This document shows positions 11,439-24,249 of a DNA stretch of 64,000 bases, in pieces. Under the pieces are notes generated by a model that saw only the letters and a program-made list of their open reading frames with translations, was not told the DNA's origin and made no database searches. Every line of letters starts with the position of its first letter. Within the stretch, counting starts at the first letter, position 1. The stretch comes from Eledone cirrhosa. Its lineage: Eukaryota. The position numbers were made by a program, and so were the translations under genes. Location of the stretch: NCBI GenBank assembly GCA_964016885.1, contig OZ024743.1, positions 285,572,001-285,636,000 of the forward strand, read 5' to 3'.

Positions 11439-13688
11439 AACAGCTATTCTTGCAGTTTCTTATTTATTTAAAAGAAAAACATAATTTCTTTGCCAATTTT
11501 CCAAATTCCACCATGGAAGGTATTCTTCACAGGATGTGGAATGATTCACTGAATCCTTAATATTACCATCTTTTCTAGAGCATCCTCATGAACATGAATC
11601 ATTCTTTGCTATGGCAGTGCCATTTTAATTTTTTAATGTAACACTATATAATGTCTTGGTGTTACAGAAAAAGGTAGAACTAATAAAAGGATTTAAGGTA
11701 ATGTTTGGTTTCTAAGTTTAAATGGTATCAAAGTGAATATGGAGGTTTCATTTCATACTATAAGCAAATTGGCAAACATATCTAGTTTTGCTGTATATAA
11801 CATTTGTGTTACAATTCAATTTGATGTAATTCTGTAAGAAATTCTATATATATGAGTCATACGAAAAATGTGTAAAGATGGTAAACATTGTAAAAATTGG
11901 AATATACTTTCATTGTCATTGGAGTACAAATCAAGTCCAAACAAAACTTTTTAGTTTGCTTAACTACTGCTGTATAACCACTTGATTTCAATTGTTAGTA
12001 GTATAAAATCCTGTTACTTCTTTCAGACTACATACTGTTCTTCAAGGCATTATAAACCAAATTGTGTTATAAACCAAATTGTGTTTATTAACAAACAAAA
12101 ACTGGGCTTAGCAAACTATTAACACACACACAATGTTATGAGCATTTATAATGGTTTCTGACATTGGTATAAGGCCATAAATTTGGGCTAACGAGAGATA
12201 TATTGACCCAGTATTTGACTGATAAATGTTATAATGTTCCGCATGTAAAAAGACAATCTGATAATTATGCCAATCAACCACCCTTGAATTTATAATAAAT
12301 TATAAGAAATTGTTAACAAATAAATTATGTATGAATAAATAAACTATGACAATAGTTATATAATTAACCCAAATGAGTCATTTAATTCTATATAAGAATC
12401 AATAAATACATATATAGATTAATGATGAGATTATATCACATTGTTACATTACTAATAGTACAAATAAACTTCTCTTTGTCAGTCTCTCAGTTTATCAAGA
12501 TATATACTTGACTTTTCATGGCAGGAAGTATCCATCAATAGGTGAACAGTCCTATTGATTTAGATTTTGAATGTTTCAGATATACTATATATGTATTCAT
12601 ATACAAGTTGCAGCAGTAAATAAGTCAAACCTTTTTTGTGTTTATAAAATTTTGGCTTCAGCCTTTGTTCTATGTATAAACCACATGCTGTTTTTCATAA
12701 ATAGTTTGTAGCTTTGCTTACAGTTGCATAAATATTTTAAGAAGGCTGAAATAATACCAAATCACTACTAAAACATAATCTAGCAAAATCCTGGAACCAT
12801 AGATATCAAAGCAGTACGTTTCTATGGTCTCTGTCCAGAATTGATATGTAAACGGATGCTTTTAAATTGACACTCTTGATTGACCGACAATATATTCAAC
12901 ATTCAGCATTAGAATCACACCTGGTCAATAGAGAACTGCAGATATGTTTCACACAAGTGTAAAGTGTGTATATATAAATACATGTGACTGCTTATTGTTA
13001 CAGGCACATTTTTTTTCTTTTTATAGCAGAATCGAATTCTGCTCAAGCAGTCATTTTGTGTGAGACGTCAACAACATATATTTGTTTTCATTGCTGGTGT
13101 ACATGTATACAATAGGCTGAAGTTTGACATGATCAGCCTGCCCTGTGTGTGTGTGCATGTATGTGCATGTATGTGTGTGTGCATGCATGTGTGTGAGTGT
13201 GTTAATGCATAGTGTGAATGTGAAACCCAGAGTAAGTTCCAGTAGTTAAGTCTCATGTACTTTTTCACATTTGCTTTTTGTTTTTTTTTCTAAGTAAAAA
13301 TCTGTGGCTTATCTAAGTGTGTACAAGGTACTAAAAAACAGTGAACATTACAGATTATAGGGTTGAACACCGAATTTCTAAAAATTGTCTGTGGGTCTTT
13401 AAAAGAAACTGACAAAAATCTGCACTGATTGGTAACATGCAAGATCTACTCAGGCAAGCAGGCACAGAGAAATGGACATTAAAATGGTGGTAATGATGGA
13501 AGCTAGGAGGCATTAAGTACCAGTAATGCACTGGGTAATTGCTGGCCTTGTGCCTAATGTAGAAACAATTATATATCTATATTTAGGTCATTTCTCTAAT
13601 ATGCCCCCCAAAATTCTCCATCAGCTGCCTCATGTCTCTTTGATAAACTATCATCTCTCTCTCTCTCCTCTCTCTGTCTCTCTCTCTC

Positions 13689-13696
<8 letters not shown>

Positions 13697-13720
<24 letters not shown>

Positions 13721-14549
13721 AATTATTGTGAAAAGTGCTCAGGTGTACTACAACTCGTCAAAGGTGCATGTATAGTACATAGAATAATATACAAATGTCA
13801 GGGAAGTGAATAGTGTATGAGTCATGAAATACATGTGTATATGTATATGGAGGAGGAACATTAGGTGTAGTGTTGGCGAATCTCAGGAAGCATGGAGGTT
13901 TTAAAGGATGCAGTGTCTCGACAGCTAACAACTGACGCAGGTAGTTTGTTCCATGCTTCGGCAACTATGAGCGTGAAAAAATGTTTCCGAAAGTCATGGG
14001 AACTGTGCTGTTTTCTGACTTTGTGGGCATGCCCACGTGTGTTAGACACTTGGAAATCAAAAAGGTACTCAGGGTTGTTGTTGGCAAGATGGTTAATAAT
14101 TTTGTGGGTGTTTACCAAGTCAGTTGCCAGGCGTCGGAGCTTCAATGCATCCATGCCCAGGGAAGTAAGGCGTTCAGAGTATGGTAGATGCCTGATAGAG
14201 GGTATTCGCTTGGTTGCACGTCTCTGAACAGTTTCCAGGCGGTCAATGTTCTGAGCAAGATAGGGGTTCCAGACTGGTGATGCAAATTCTAAGTGTGGCC
14301 GCACCATAGCCATGTACAGCTTTAAATAGATAGCTGGAGAGCGGCTGACAAAGGTCTTGCTGAGTGATGCTAAGACACCCTCGCCCCTCTTGACAATTTT
14401 AGAGACGTGCTTCGTCCAACGCAAATCGCTGCTGACCGTAATGCCCAGGTCACGTTCACAAGAAGACTTCTTGATATTAGTGCTGTGGAGGGAGTATGTG
14501 GACGCTGGGTTTTTACTCCCAAAATGCATGGTGGTGCACTTGTCCACAG
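13697..14549 (-). mobile_element. 5'-truncated CR1-group LINE (C-terminal RT region, open frame 13861-14547)
   Basis: KCTTMHFG, ERDLGI, LYMAMVRPHLEFASPVWNPY, LETVQRRATK, TRGH, WNKLP; (TTA)n tail at 13697-13718. Confidence 0.92.
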
Positions 14550-14550
14550 C

Positions 14551-14588
<38 letters not shown>

Positions 14589-14748
14589 TATATACATATA
14601 TTCATTTATGTTTGTTGGTTCACCACTGGATAGAACTGGTCATTCCGTATAGTCAACCTTGATGTAATATTAAGGAGAGCACTCGACGTAATGCAACTCA
14701 TGTTGGTTTCTAAGTTTGTGTTGTTGGTGGTGCGAGTACGGAGTTAAT

Positions 14749-14870
14749 TATTAGAAAATGACAGGAGGCTGGACTGGTGTAATTCCTTAAGATTTATTAT
14801 ACTATGAATATTTCGGCGCTCAGACTAGCAACTGCTAATTTTTGGCTACCTTCTCGTCTTGGGCATTTCT
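14749..14870 (-). mobile_element. Inverted partial copy of the family C hammerhead element
   Basis: 14749-14814 is the reverse complement of 16487-16553 (GAAA UAUUCAUA GUAU...); 5' core degenerate. Confidence 0.6.
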
Positions 14871-14896
14871 CTCTGCTTCTCAGCCCCTTGGATTGT

Positions 14897-15308
14897 ATCA
14901 TCATCATCATCATCATCATCACCGTTTTACGTCCGTTCTTCCACGCTAGCATGGGTTAGACGGGTTGTCCTGTTGTGGGCAGTGTCCGGTCGGCTGACCA
15001 TGCCTTGCTCATACAGGAACTGATCTGGCTTGATTTCTACAGCTGGATGCCCTTCCTAACACCAACCTCATTTACAGTGAGTGCTGGGTGCTTTTTCGTG
15101 GCGCCTACACGTCCACTTTACAGTGTGGGCTGGGTGCTTTTTTGCCGTGGCACCTCCACGACCACCCATTTCTACAGCTGAGTAAACTGGAGCAATGTGA
15201 AATAAAGTGTTTTGCTCAAGGAAACAACACATCACCCGGTCTGAGAATTGAACTCACAACCTTTCGATTGCAAGGCCACTGCTCTAACCACTAAGCCATG
15301 TGCCTCCA
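14897..15308 (-). mobile_element. Full-length tRNA-head, CORE-type SINE with long RTE 3' tail
   Basis: Minus strand GGAGGCACATGGCTTAGTGGTT (A box)..GAGTTCAATTCT (B box), CORE-like box, RTE 3' UTR and (GAT)n. Confidence 0.85.
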
Positions 15309-15442
15309 TATATATATATAGGTATGTGTGTGTGTATATATATATATGTATGTGTGTGTGTATATATATATATATATGTATGTATGTGTGTATATATATA
15401 TATATATATGTGTGTGTATATATATATATATATATGTATGTG

Positions 15443-15473
<31 letters not shown>

Positions 15474-15574
15474 GTGTATATGTATGTATGTATGTATGTA
15501 TGTGTATATGTATGTATGTATGTATGTATGTGTGTATATATATATATATATGTATGTATGAATGTATGTATGTG

Positions 15575-15605
<31 letters not shown>

Positions 15606-15640
15606 ATATGTATGTATGTATGTATGTATGTGTATATATA
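15309..15640. repeat. (TA)n/(TATG)n compound microsatellite
   Basis: Direct inspection. Confidence 0.95.
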
Positions 15641-16053
15641 TCCGGGAGAGATGACCCCTTAGCCTTTGTCAAGACAGAATTCTAGGAGAAGGAAAACTCT
15701 GATATAACACCTGCAACCCTGATGGTATCCAATGATGTTGAATTGTTCTTCTTTTTGGTAAATATCATCTTGGTTAAGAGAGTTGGACTGGCTTTGTGCA
15801 GTGCCTTTGCTCACTATAAAAGCTTCACAGCACAGGCATTGCTTTATATCTGGAGATCTCTCTGCACTTGTCGTCACATGGTACCATTGGCCCAGCACTA
15901 TGTGTCAATAATTGTCACAAGTGTAATGTTTGTACCAGAGTTTTCAAGTCGCTGGCTGGACTAAAAAGTCACACTTGTTTAGCGCATCGGTAGGGGTTCT
16001 CCTACATGGATATAAAGTAGTGGCCGTACTCGAAAACGAGTTGGCAGCCACCA
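15641..16053 (+). mobile_element. Internally deleted (bipartite) RTE-like non-autonomous element
   Basis: RTE 5'UTR-like AGAAGGAAAACTCTGAT motif; 3' C2H2-like HKCNVCTRVFKSLAGLKSH (15916-15972); terminal stem-loop GTGGC..CTCG-AAAA-CGAG..GCCAC. Confidence 0.55.
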
Positions 16054-16089
<36 letters not shown>

Positions 16090-16097
16090 TGTGTATA

Positions 16098-16128
<31 letters not shown>

Positions 16129-16405
16129 GTATATATATATATGTATGTATGTATGTGTATATATATGTATATGTATGTATGTATGTGTATATATATGTAT
16201 ATGTATGTATGTATGTGTATATATATGTATATGTATGTATGTGTATATATATGTATATGTATGTATGTATGTGTATATATATGTATATGTATGTATGTAT
16301 CTATTATTGTGTGTGTATATATATGTATGTGTATATATATGTATATGTATGTATTATTGTGTGTGTATATATATGTATGTGTATATATATGTATATGTAT
16401 GTATT
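16054..16405. repeat. (TATG/TA)n compound microsatellite
   Basis: Direct inspection. Confidence 0.95.
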
Positions 16406-16444
16406 GTATCTATTATTATATTCCTTTGTTGGATAAATTTTGAA

Positions 16445-16502
16445 ATACCTGATGATGTCACCGGATTCACGCTGAACCAAGTCATTGAAATGTTCATAGT
16501 AT
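16445..16502 (+). ncRNA. Type I hammerhead motif, family C
   Basis: AUAC CUGAUGA [31-nt imperfect stem II with GGAUUCA/UGAACC] GAAA UGUUCAUA GUAU. Confidence 0.6.
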
Positions 16503-16627
16503 AATAAATCTTTAAGGAATTACACCAGTCCAGCCTTCTGTCATTTTATAATATATATATATATATATATAAATGTAAGTATGTGTGTATACGTACATAC
16601 ATATATGTATACAGACGTACAGTATCA

Positions 16628-16691
<64 letters not shown>

Positions 16692-16859
16692 TACATATAT
16701 ATACATACAGGTACACATACATATATGCACGTATCAGTTTAGCGGACGCTTATTATAACGCCGCTTTGTTCATTTGTAAACAAACTGAACAGCCTGAATT
16801 TTTATGCCGTACGGTGTTAAGGCAACCACGTCACCTTTTTGTTCAACACTGACACAGGA

Positions 16860-16902
16860 ACGATGTACTAGTTTCAAGCTTGTTAGCTATCATCAGCACC
16901 GT
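16860..16902 (-). ncRNA. Minimal type I hammerhead ribozyme, family D
   Basis: ACGGUG CUGAUGA UAGCU AACA AGCUU GAAA CUAGUA CAUCGU; palindromic stem III ACUAGU; GUA triplet. Confidence 0.85.
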
Positions 16903-17138
16903 ATACCCATCTGCCAGATAGTTGAACGTTCGAAAGTATATACTTTCCTTATGAAAATTAACGGCTGAGCAGCCTAATTTGCATATCGAGTGAGCTAAGT
17001 CGGTCAGGCATACCGAAAACGATAAGTTGAAATAAAATGAAAACGAAATTTCATTTCTCACTCTTAGTACGGCACTTACTTAAATGTAAGTATGTGTGTA
17101 TACGTACATACATATATGTATACAGACGTACAGTAGCA

Positions 17139-17192
<54 letters not shown>

Positions 17193-17327
17193 TAGATATA
17201 TATACATACAGGTACACATACATATATGCACGTATCAGTTTAGCGGATGCTTATTATAACGCCGCTTTGTTCGTTTGTAAATTGATATGTGCATATATGT
17301 ATGTGTACCTGTATGTATATATATGTA

Positions 17328-17405
<78 letters not shown>

Positions 17406-17641
17406 TGCTACTGTACGTCTGTATACATATATGTATGTACGTATACACACATACTTACATTTAAGTAAGTGCCGTACTAAGAGTGAGAAATGAAATTTCG
17501 TTTTCATTTTATTTCAACTTATCGTTTTCGGTATGCCTGACCGACTTAGCTCACTCGATATGCAAATTAGGCTGCTCAGCCGTTAATTTTCATAAGGAAA
17601 GTATATACTTTCGAACGTTCAACTATCTGGCAGATGGGTAT

Positions 17642-17692
17642 ACGGTGCTGATGATAGCTAACAAGCTTGAAACTTTGAAACTAGTACATCGT
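17642..17692 (+). ncRNA. Hammerhead family D copy with an 8-nt duplication of the GAAA box
   Basis: ACGGUG CUGAUGA UAGCUAACAAGCUU GAAA CUUU GAAA CUAGUA CAUCGU. Confidence 0.75.
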
Positions 17693-17852
17693 TCCTGTGT
17701 CAGTGTTGAACAAAAAGGTGACGTGGTTGCCTTAACACCGTACGGCATAAAAATTCAGGCTGTTCAGTTTGTTTACAAACGAACAAAGCGGCGTTATAAT
17801 AAGCGTCCGCTAAACTGATACGTGCATATATGTATGTGTACCTGTATGTATA

Positions 17853-17918
<66 letters not shown>

Positions 17919-18032
17919 TGCTACTGTACGTCTGTATACATATATGTATGTACGTATACACACATACTTACATTTAAGTAAGTGCCGTACTAAGAGTGAG
18001 AAATGAAATTTCGTTTTCATTTTATTTCAACT

Positions 18033-18064
<32 letters not shown>

Positions 18065-18359
18065 TTTCTCTCCACCCTCACTCCTCTTTCTTTTATCAGC
18101 AAAGATATAACTGACATTAATGACTCAATTGAAGAGCTTCTATACCATTACCATCTCTTTTCCATTGTTTCTTCCAGCTCTGTTTTTCTTCCATTAATTT
18201 TTCTGCTATCTATTTGCTCCAATCACTCTAGTCCTTCTATCATATGTTCACTCCGTTTACCCAATCACTCTGGTTCTTGTCATTACCCTCTCCTATTCCT
18301 CTTTTTGATCCCATTGCATTAAATAAACAGAGACAACATTGAATAGACTCTTTAGTCTT

Positions 18360-18660
18360 AAGTGAATTGGCAGTCATTAGAATGCCAGAAAGAATTCTTT
18401 GCAGTCTTTGTGTTCGGAGTTGAAAAACTTAAGATCAACTTTGCCTTTCATCATTTTGAGGTCAATGAGAAAGTACCAGTCGAGTACTGGGGTTGATACA
18501 TTCTCTGTATCTTTTTCTCATTTCCTCTCTGGAAGAAATTGACTATATTCAGACCTGGAGAGGGGATGAGCTCTGCCAGGTTTATAATACCCAAGATATG
18601 CTGACTGTCACTACAATGCCTCTATGACTCTGTCAGGAATTACAGGTCTATACACACACT
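18360..18660 (+). mobile_element. Old tRNA-derived SINE, long-tail variant
   Basis: TGAATTGGCAG head, AACTTTGCCTTTCATC..AAGTACCAGT central domain; tail shared with the 24078 and 25467 copies. Confidence 0.6.
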
Positions 18661-20045
18661 TTTGTCTTGTAAGATCAAATGCAGCACCATGATCCATGCT
18701 GGTGAAATGATAAGATGCACCCAACACACTCTGTACAGTAGTTAATATTAGGAAGGGTATTTAGCTATAGAAACCATGCCAAAAATGGAGCATATGGGTG
18801 AGATGTGGTCCTCTAACCCATGTAAAAAGGCAGTAACTCTGAATAAGAACTAAGTCAGATTATGACAATTTGTCCAAACCATGCCAACATGGAAGGTAGA
18901 CATAAAATAGGGACAATGTTGATATTTATAATTGTCATTGTCATTTTGCGTCCTTTTTTTCTATTCTGACATAGTTTGAATGGGTTATGAACTATACCAG
19001 TACTCAATGAAAGCTACTCTCATCTTAGACAGGCCAAGGGCCATATCTTGCTAACATATGTTACACTTTTTGCATGGTTACTACAACTGGATACCATTCC
19101 TAATGCCAACTACATCATATTTTTATATGTACAGACATAAAAAAAGAACATATGACATATGTGTGTATGAGATCTGCATGATGTGTACATGACCTGCAGG
19201 ATATGTGTGCTTTCATAGCACAAAGTCTATAAAAAGTTGTGTGTATGCAACCTATTGAAAGATGTGTAACTTGTAATACCTACTGAAGTTGCAGTGGCTT
19301 AAAGTTGTTGCACCTAATCCTACATACAACACAATGGTATGCATGCATATAATAAACATGGTGCATGCATGTAAATTAGCAATGGTATTTGTGTTTTAGT
19401 ATACATACATACGTGGATCTATATTCCTGCTATAAAATGACACTGACTTCTGTTAAGATTAGTTGTAAAAGGTGATAAGATTTAGTAACTGTCAAGCTCA
19501 TGGTACTCTTTGATAATTAGAGTGATATTTCTATTGAGCTAGTCACACTGTTCCACATGATAGTATATGGGAAAAGCTGTTAAAAAACGATCACTTGGTA
19601 AATACTTCATAACAGATCAGCTGCTATATATGCTGTGATAGCAACTGCCATCACTGCGATGGCTGGTAACTCTGCAACTTTCAGCTGGTCAGCAATCCTG
19701 ACAACCACTGCTACTGACAACATAGGTTTGGTTTTATATGTTGGAAATTCAACATTGATTGATGTAAAATGGTTGCTGATTCTTGTTGTTACCAAAGTAG
19801 ATGCACTTGTCAATTGGTCAAAAATGTGGTGATATATGGTGTCAGTTGATCTGGGTAGATGAAATTCGACCATAAATTTGTGGATTCAAATTCACATGAA
19901 ATATTCGCTACAGAGACGTCAAACTCAGCACTAGGTAGATTAAACTATTTGAGAGTTAAGTGTCATTCTTGTCCTTGGACACAAGAAAGCTACATTAACA
20001 AGATATGAACAGTCAATTTTATGTCTAATCAATACTATTTTCCTA

Positions 20046-20238
20046 GGGCGGTGAATTGGCAGTATCGGTAGAGGGTCGGACGCCATGCTTTGACACATAG
20101 AGTTACGGCCCTTGCCATTCTGAGTTCAAATCCCACTAAGGTTAACTTTGCCTTTCATCCTTACGGGGTTGATAAAATAAAGTACCAGTGATGTACTGGG
20201 GTGATGCTGGCCTTGCGCCAATAGTAGAAACAACTATT
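20046..20238 (+). mobile_element. tRNA-derived SINE, family 2
   Basis: TGGCAGTATCGG A box, GAGTTCAAATCC B box, GCCTTTCATCCTTACGGGGTTGATAAAATAAAGTACCAG central domain; ACTATTTTC flanking repeat. Confidence 0.88.
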
Positions 20239-21471
20239 TTCTACACCATTAAATGTACAATTTTATATTTTCTTAGGGCCTCATTAATTACTATTTCAGC
20301 AAATCTGTACTTTGTTCAAGAGGTCAGAATAAGACCAAAATATGTCTGGAGTTGTCTCCCTTATTTGAAATAAAACTTATTGAAATTAAAAAAATAGATG
20401 AAATTCAAATTTTTGAAAATTTTTAGTTTTTGATTTATATCTTTATTTCATCTTTTGCTTATGAAAATATTTCAATTTTAACAATTTGAAATTTCAAAAT
20501 AAAAAGACCTAAAAACTCTTTTGATGCAAAATTCCCAATTACACAATTAACTGTAAAAAGAAATGCAATATATAATTTCCTACATAGATATGACTCTCTA
20601 AGCTTATATTAAAAAAATATTTGACTAGGCTTATGTATTAATGATCCTTCTTGGATTTGCTAGTTACTCAAGTAATGGGAGTAAGAAATAGGTTATTCAA
20701 AATTAGTCTTCTACTAGATTACCATATCTAGTTGATTAAAATATAACTGAAGCAATATATTGCTTTGGCAAAAATTTAGTCTTAGAACTGAGTGCTCATT
20801 CAACTCTCTTCCTACAATTATGCAAAGTGAATTTCACTAGACTCTTGGAAATATTCTTCCAAAGTTATTTAGACATTGAATGACTTCATAAATACTGAAA
20901 CATCTACCTATAAGAGTAGTTATAAAATCCAACAGACAAGAAACCATTAACTTGCAATTTTCACATCACATCTGTGAAAAGTTCCAGTGAAAATTATTTA
21001 CAAAATGATAATACACTTTAAAAAAAAAAGGAACTTCTTTGAAAATAAGCAGGACCATTTTTGCTGGTTGCATCTTCAACAAAATTCCAAACTCTGAAAA
21101 TGCAATTAAGTGGATCAAGCATTGATCTTTTACAAAATGATTCTGACAAATCTAACAATGATTATAAATTACAAGACGTTAGTATCAGAAGAAATTTGAC
21201 ATTTGGTTAAAGAATTTCCTCAAATTGGTGAATGAGTAAGAGAAGCTAACAACATTAAAGAAACTCTTTCAAAACTGGACATAGCATTATCTAATGCTCC
21301 TTTCAAAATAGAGTGAAGTGATTTGAAGAAACATTATTGCAACTGAAAGTGATGCACTGTCATGATCAACTCTATGATGGTTTAAATTATCAAAAGAAAT
21401 AACAAACTGTTAAAATCAATGTCTTTCTATATTGTCCAATTCATGCTATGGGAAATGACTAATATTAAAAT

Positions 21472-21653
21472 AATTGTTTCTACTTTAGGCACAAGGCCAG
21501 CAATTACCCAGTACATTACTGGTACTTTATTTTATCGACCCCGTAAGGATGAAAGGGAAATCAACCTCGGCGGGATTTGAACTCAGATCGTAAAGGGACG
21601 TAACTATGCTAGAAAGCATGGCGTCCGACCCTTTACCGATACTGCCAATCCAC
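21472..21653 (-). mobile_element. Young SINE family 2 copy with target-site duplication
   Basis: ACTAATATTAAAATAAT at 21458-21474 and 21652-21668. Confidence 0.92.
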
Positions 21654-22594
21654 TAATATTAAAATAATGATGATGATAATTGAGGGGAAGACAAGGAAGA
21701 AGGTTTACATACACAAATCAAATAAAAGTGTTTATTTTATGAAAAATATTTGTTAATATTCCATGTTCTTTCTATCTCAGTTAAACTATTATGTTAGTGT
21801 TTACTGAGCATAAGTATAAATGAAAATGTGGTGACAGAAAAATAAGTTATATCTATGTTTAAAGAGTTACAGATGACTAAATTGTTAAAATGATATGTTC
21901 TGCTCAAACAATTTGGCCCAGTCTACCAAATTGTAAATAGGTACCATGGAGAACATGTAGTGAATATTGTATATCCATGACATAGATACACAGTCTCAAA
22001 GGGATGCAAATGAGTGATATTCATACATCCAAAAATCATCAATCTGCAAACTTAGGTGCATAAGATTTTTTAATAAATATAATGTTAGAGACAATTGTAT
22101 GATCTGTCAATATCAGAGGTATCTATAAATAGGTAATCAAACCTATTGATTGCCAGATGGGTTCTAATCCATACCAATGGGGAAAAGTGGATGTTAAACG
22201 GTGATGATTATGATAATGTGGCATAAATATTGTCACAATATAAGTGTTTGTTAGCTAATCTTGCTGAGTATTAAATTCTCCCATAGCTACTTGAGAGTAG
22301 ACAGATGCCAGCGTGTGTCATGGTAGCCATGTCTCTTCATATCACTAATAAGCCTGGACAAGTCAGAGCATGAACATCATAACTCCCATTACATACTTTC
22401 CTGGAAATGTTAGTCTCAATAAAATATCTTAGGTTATCTGAAGAATAGAAAAATAAACTAATTTAGTCTTATCTTTCCATTACTACATCAAGCACATAGT
22501 CAATTTAATAAGTTGCATCTCTATATTATAGTCAATTTGGTACTTATTTTATTAAAAACTCATATTTATCTTCATCTTTAGCCCTGGAAAGTTC

Positions 22595-22995
22595 CTTGTT
22601 GGACATGGCCCATCCCAGAGCTGTGCCATCTTAGCCAATCCTGAGCTATCTATCACCAGAAATTTTCAATTTTCTTGAGGTCGTCTCACCACATGGTCTT
22701 CTGGTAGCCATGGTTTCTTGTATGACCCCATGGGGTCCAGAAGGTGACATGGTGGTCCATCTATTGTCAGTCATTCTACCATTTTGCTTTGCTAATGATT
22801 TCTAGGATTTTGCAAACTTGTTTTTTCTCGGATCCATTCACCGTTTTTTGATCTAGCCATGTGATGTTTAACATGATCCTTTTATGGGCTTTTTGCATTG
22901 TTTGTAGCTTTAGTTTGCTTTTTTGTTAGGTTCCAAGTTTCTGATCTGTAGATGACAGTTGGTAGAATACACTGGTCATAAACTTGATGTTTCAA
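22595..22995 (-). mobile_element. Old RTE-type LINE remnant of a different family
   Basis: Minus strand YDQCILPTVIYRSETWNLTK. Confidence 0.65.
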
Positions 22996-23924
22996 GACGA
23001 TTGTAAAATTAAGTTTATTTAGGTAGAACTATAGGTATCATAGTTATTAGTAATTATCAATTTTATTACTCCAGCCTTTGTAGCACCTGAACTGAATGAA
23101 GTCAGCATAATGTGTTGAGTTTAAATTGTTATTGATTGGGAGATGGAACTAAATGGAATTTTTAGTGCTGAATTTTGGAGGATAATAGATTGAGTAAAGG
23201 CTGTTCTTTAAAAACAATACAGAAAAAGTAACAGGAAGAGGATGTGATAGGTATAGTGAGAATGTTTAGGTGTATATGTTATATAATTGACTGACCACTT
23301 CCTTTTCATTTCAGTTACTTCCGAATCCTCTGATGTTCTTAGTATCCCCAAAGTTTTCTCCACAAAATTAGAAGTGCATCCAGCCTGAGGAGGGAGCTCT
23401 GTGAGGTGGAGAAGTTGATGCAGTGGATGTCACTGGCTGTTCTCTGCAGCAATGTCTTCACCATTTTGTCCACAGGACACAGCTGAGCCATCCTGTCTAG
23501 CTAGACAGGAATATAGTCTGCTGCCTCCCTCCCCGTTCCTTTACTTTCACTATTTAAATTTTCTTATCTTTCTTTTTTCAATATGCAAATACTAATGAAT
23601 ACAGAAGACTGGCAAAGTACAATGATAAACCAAAATGAGAATAATTAGTTGGATGTAAGATAATTTAGTTGATGTTTAAAAAAAAAATATATGATTGGAG
23701 GAATTGTTAGTTGGTTGTTGTGTAGTCTCTCAAATACCTATAGTTTTAGTGATTGCTTCTAGATCTGCTTTGATTTGGCTGATCTATAGGTAGTCAGCCA
23801 AACAAATATGCGCTATTTACAGATCCTCTATAATGAAACTGCAAAGTACAGTTGTTTATCATATGGGGTACAATGGGGCAGTCTGAGCATGTTACATTTT
23901 CTCCACTGTTCATTATATCTATAA

Positions 23925-24240
23925 GCAATGAATTGGCTGAATCATTAGAACATTGGATAGAATGCATTATGGCATTCCTTCTAACTCTCTGAGCTCTGAG
24001 TTCAAATCCCATCAAAGTTAACTTTACCTTCATCCTTTAAAGGCTGGTAAAAAAGTACCAGTTCAGTACTGGAGTTGATTCTTCCTCTATATCTCTTTCT
24101 CACTTCATCTCACACTTTTTCTGTAAGAAATCGGCTATGTTCAAACATAGCAAAGTATGGGTTCCTCTAGGTATGTATTGACGGCAACCCTATGACTCTA
24201 TCAGGAGATACTGGTCCATACACACATACACTGTGTCTGA
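23925..24240 (+). mobile_element. Old SINE family 2, long-tail variant
   Basis: GAGTTCAAATCC, AACTTTACCTTCATCC..AAGTACCAG, shared tail. Confidence 0.65.
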
Positions 24241-24249
24241 AGTTGCTGT

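Larger units (their letters stand above)
16571..18035. mobile_element. Tandem plus inverted array of a ~510-530 bp hammerhead-containing unit, family D
   Basis: Minus copies 16571-17080 and partial 17081-17281; plus copies 17282-17814 and partial 17815-18035; internal (TA)n; (TA)n on both flanks. Confidence 0.9.

Noticed and set aside
15235-15308. tRNA-like sequence
   Set aside because: SINE head fused to a CORE-like domain and RTE tail; no proper acceptor stem or terminator.
20700-21420. Possible decayed transposase-like A-rich sequence
   Set aside because: No motif I could identify; many stops.
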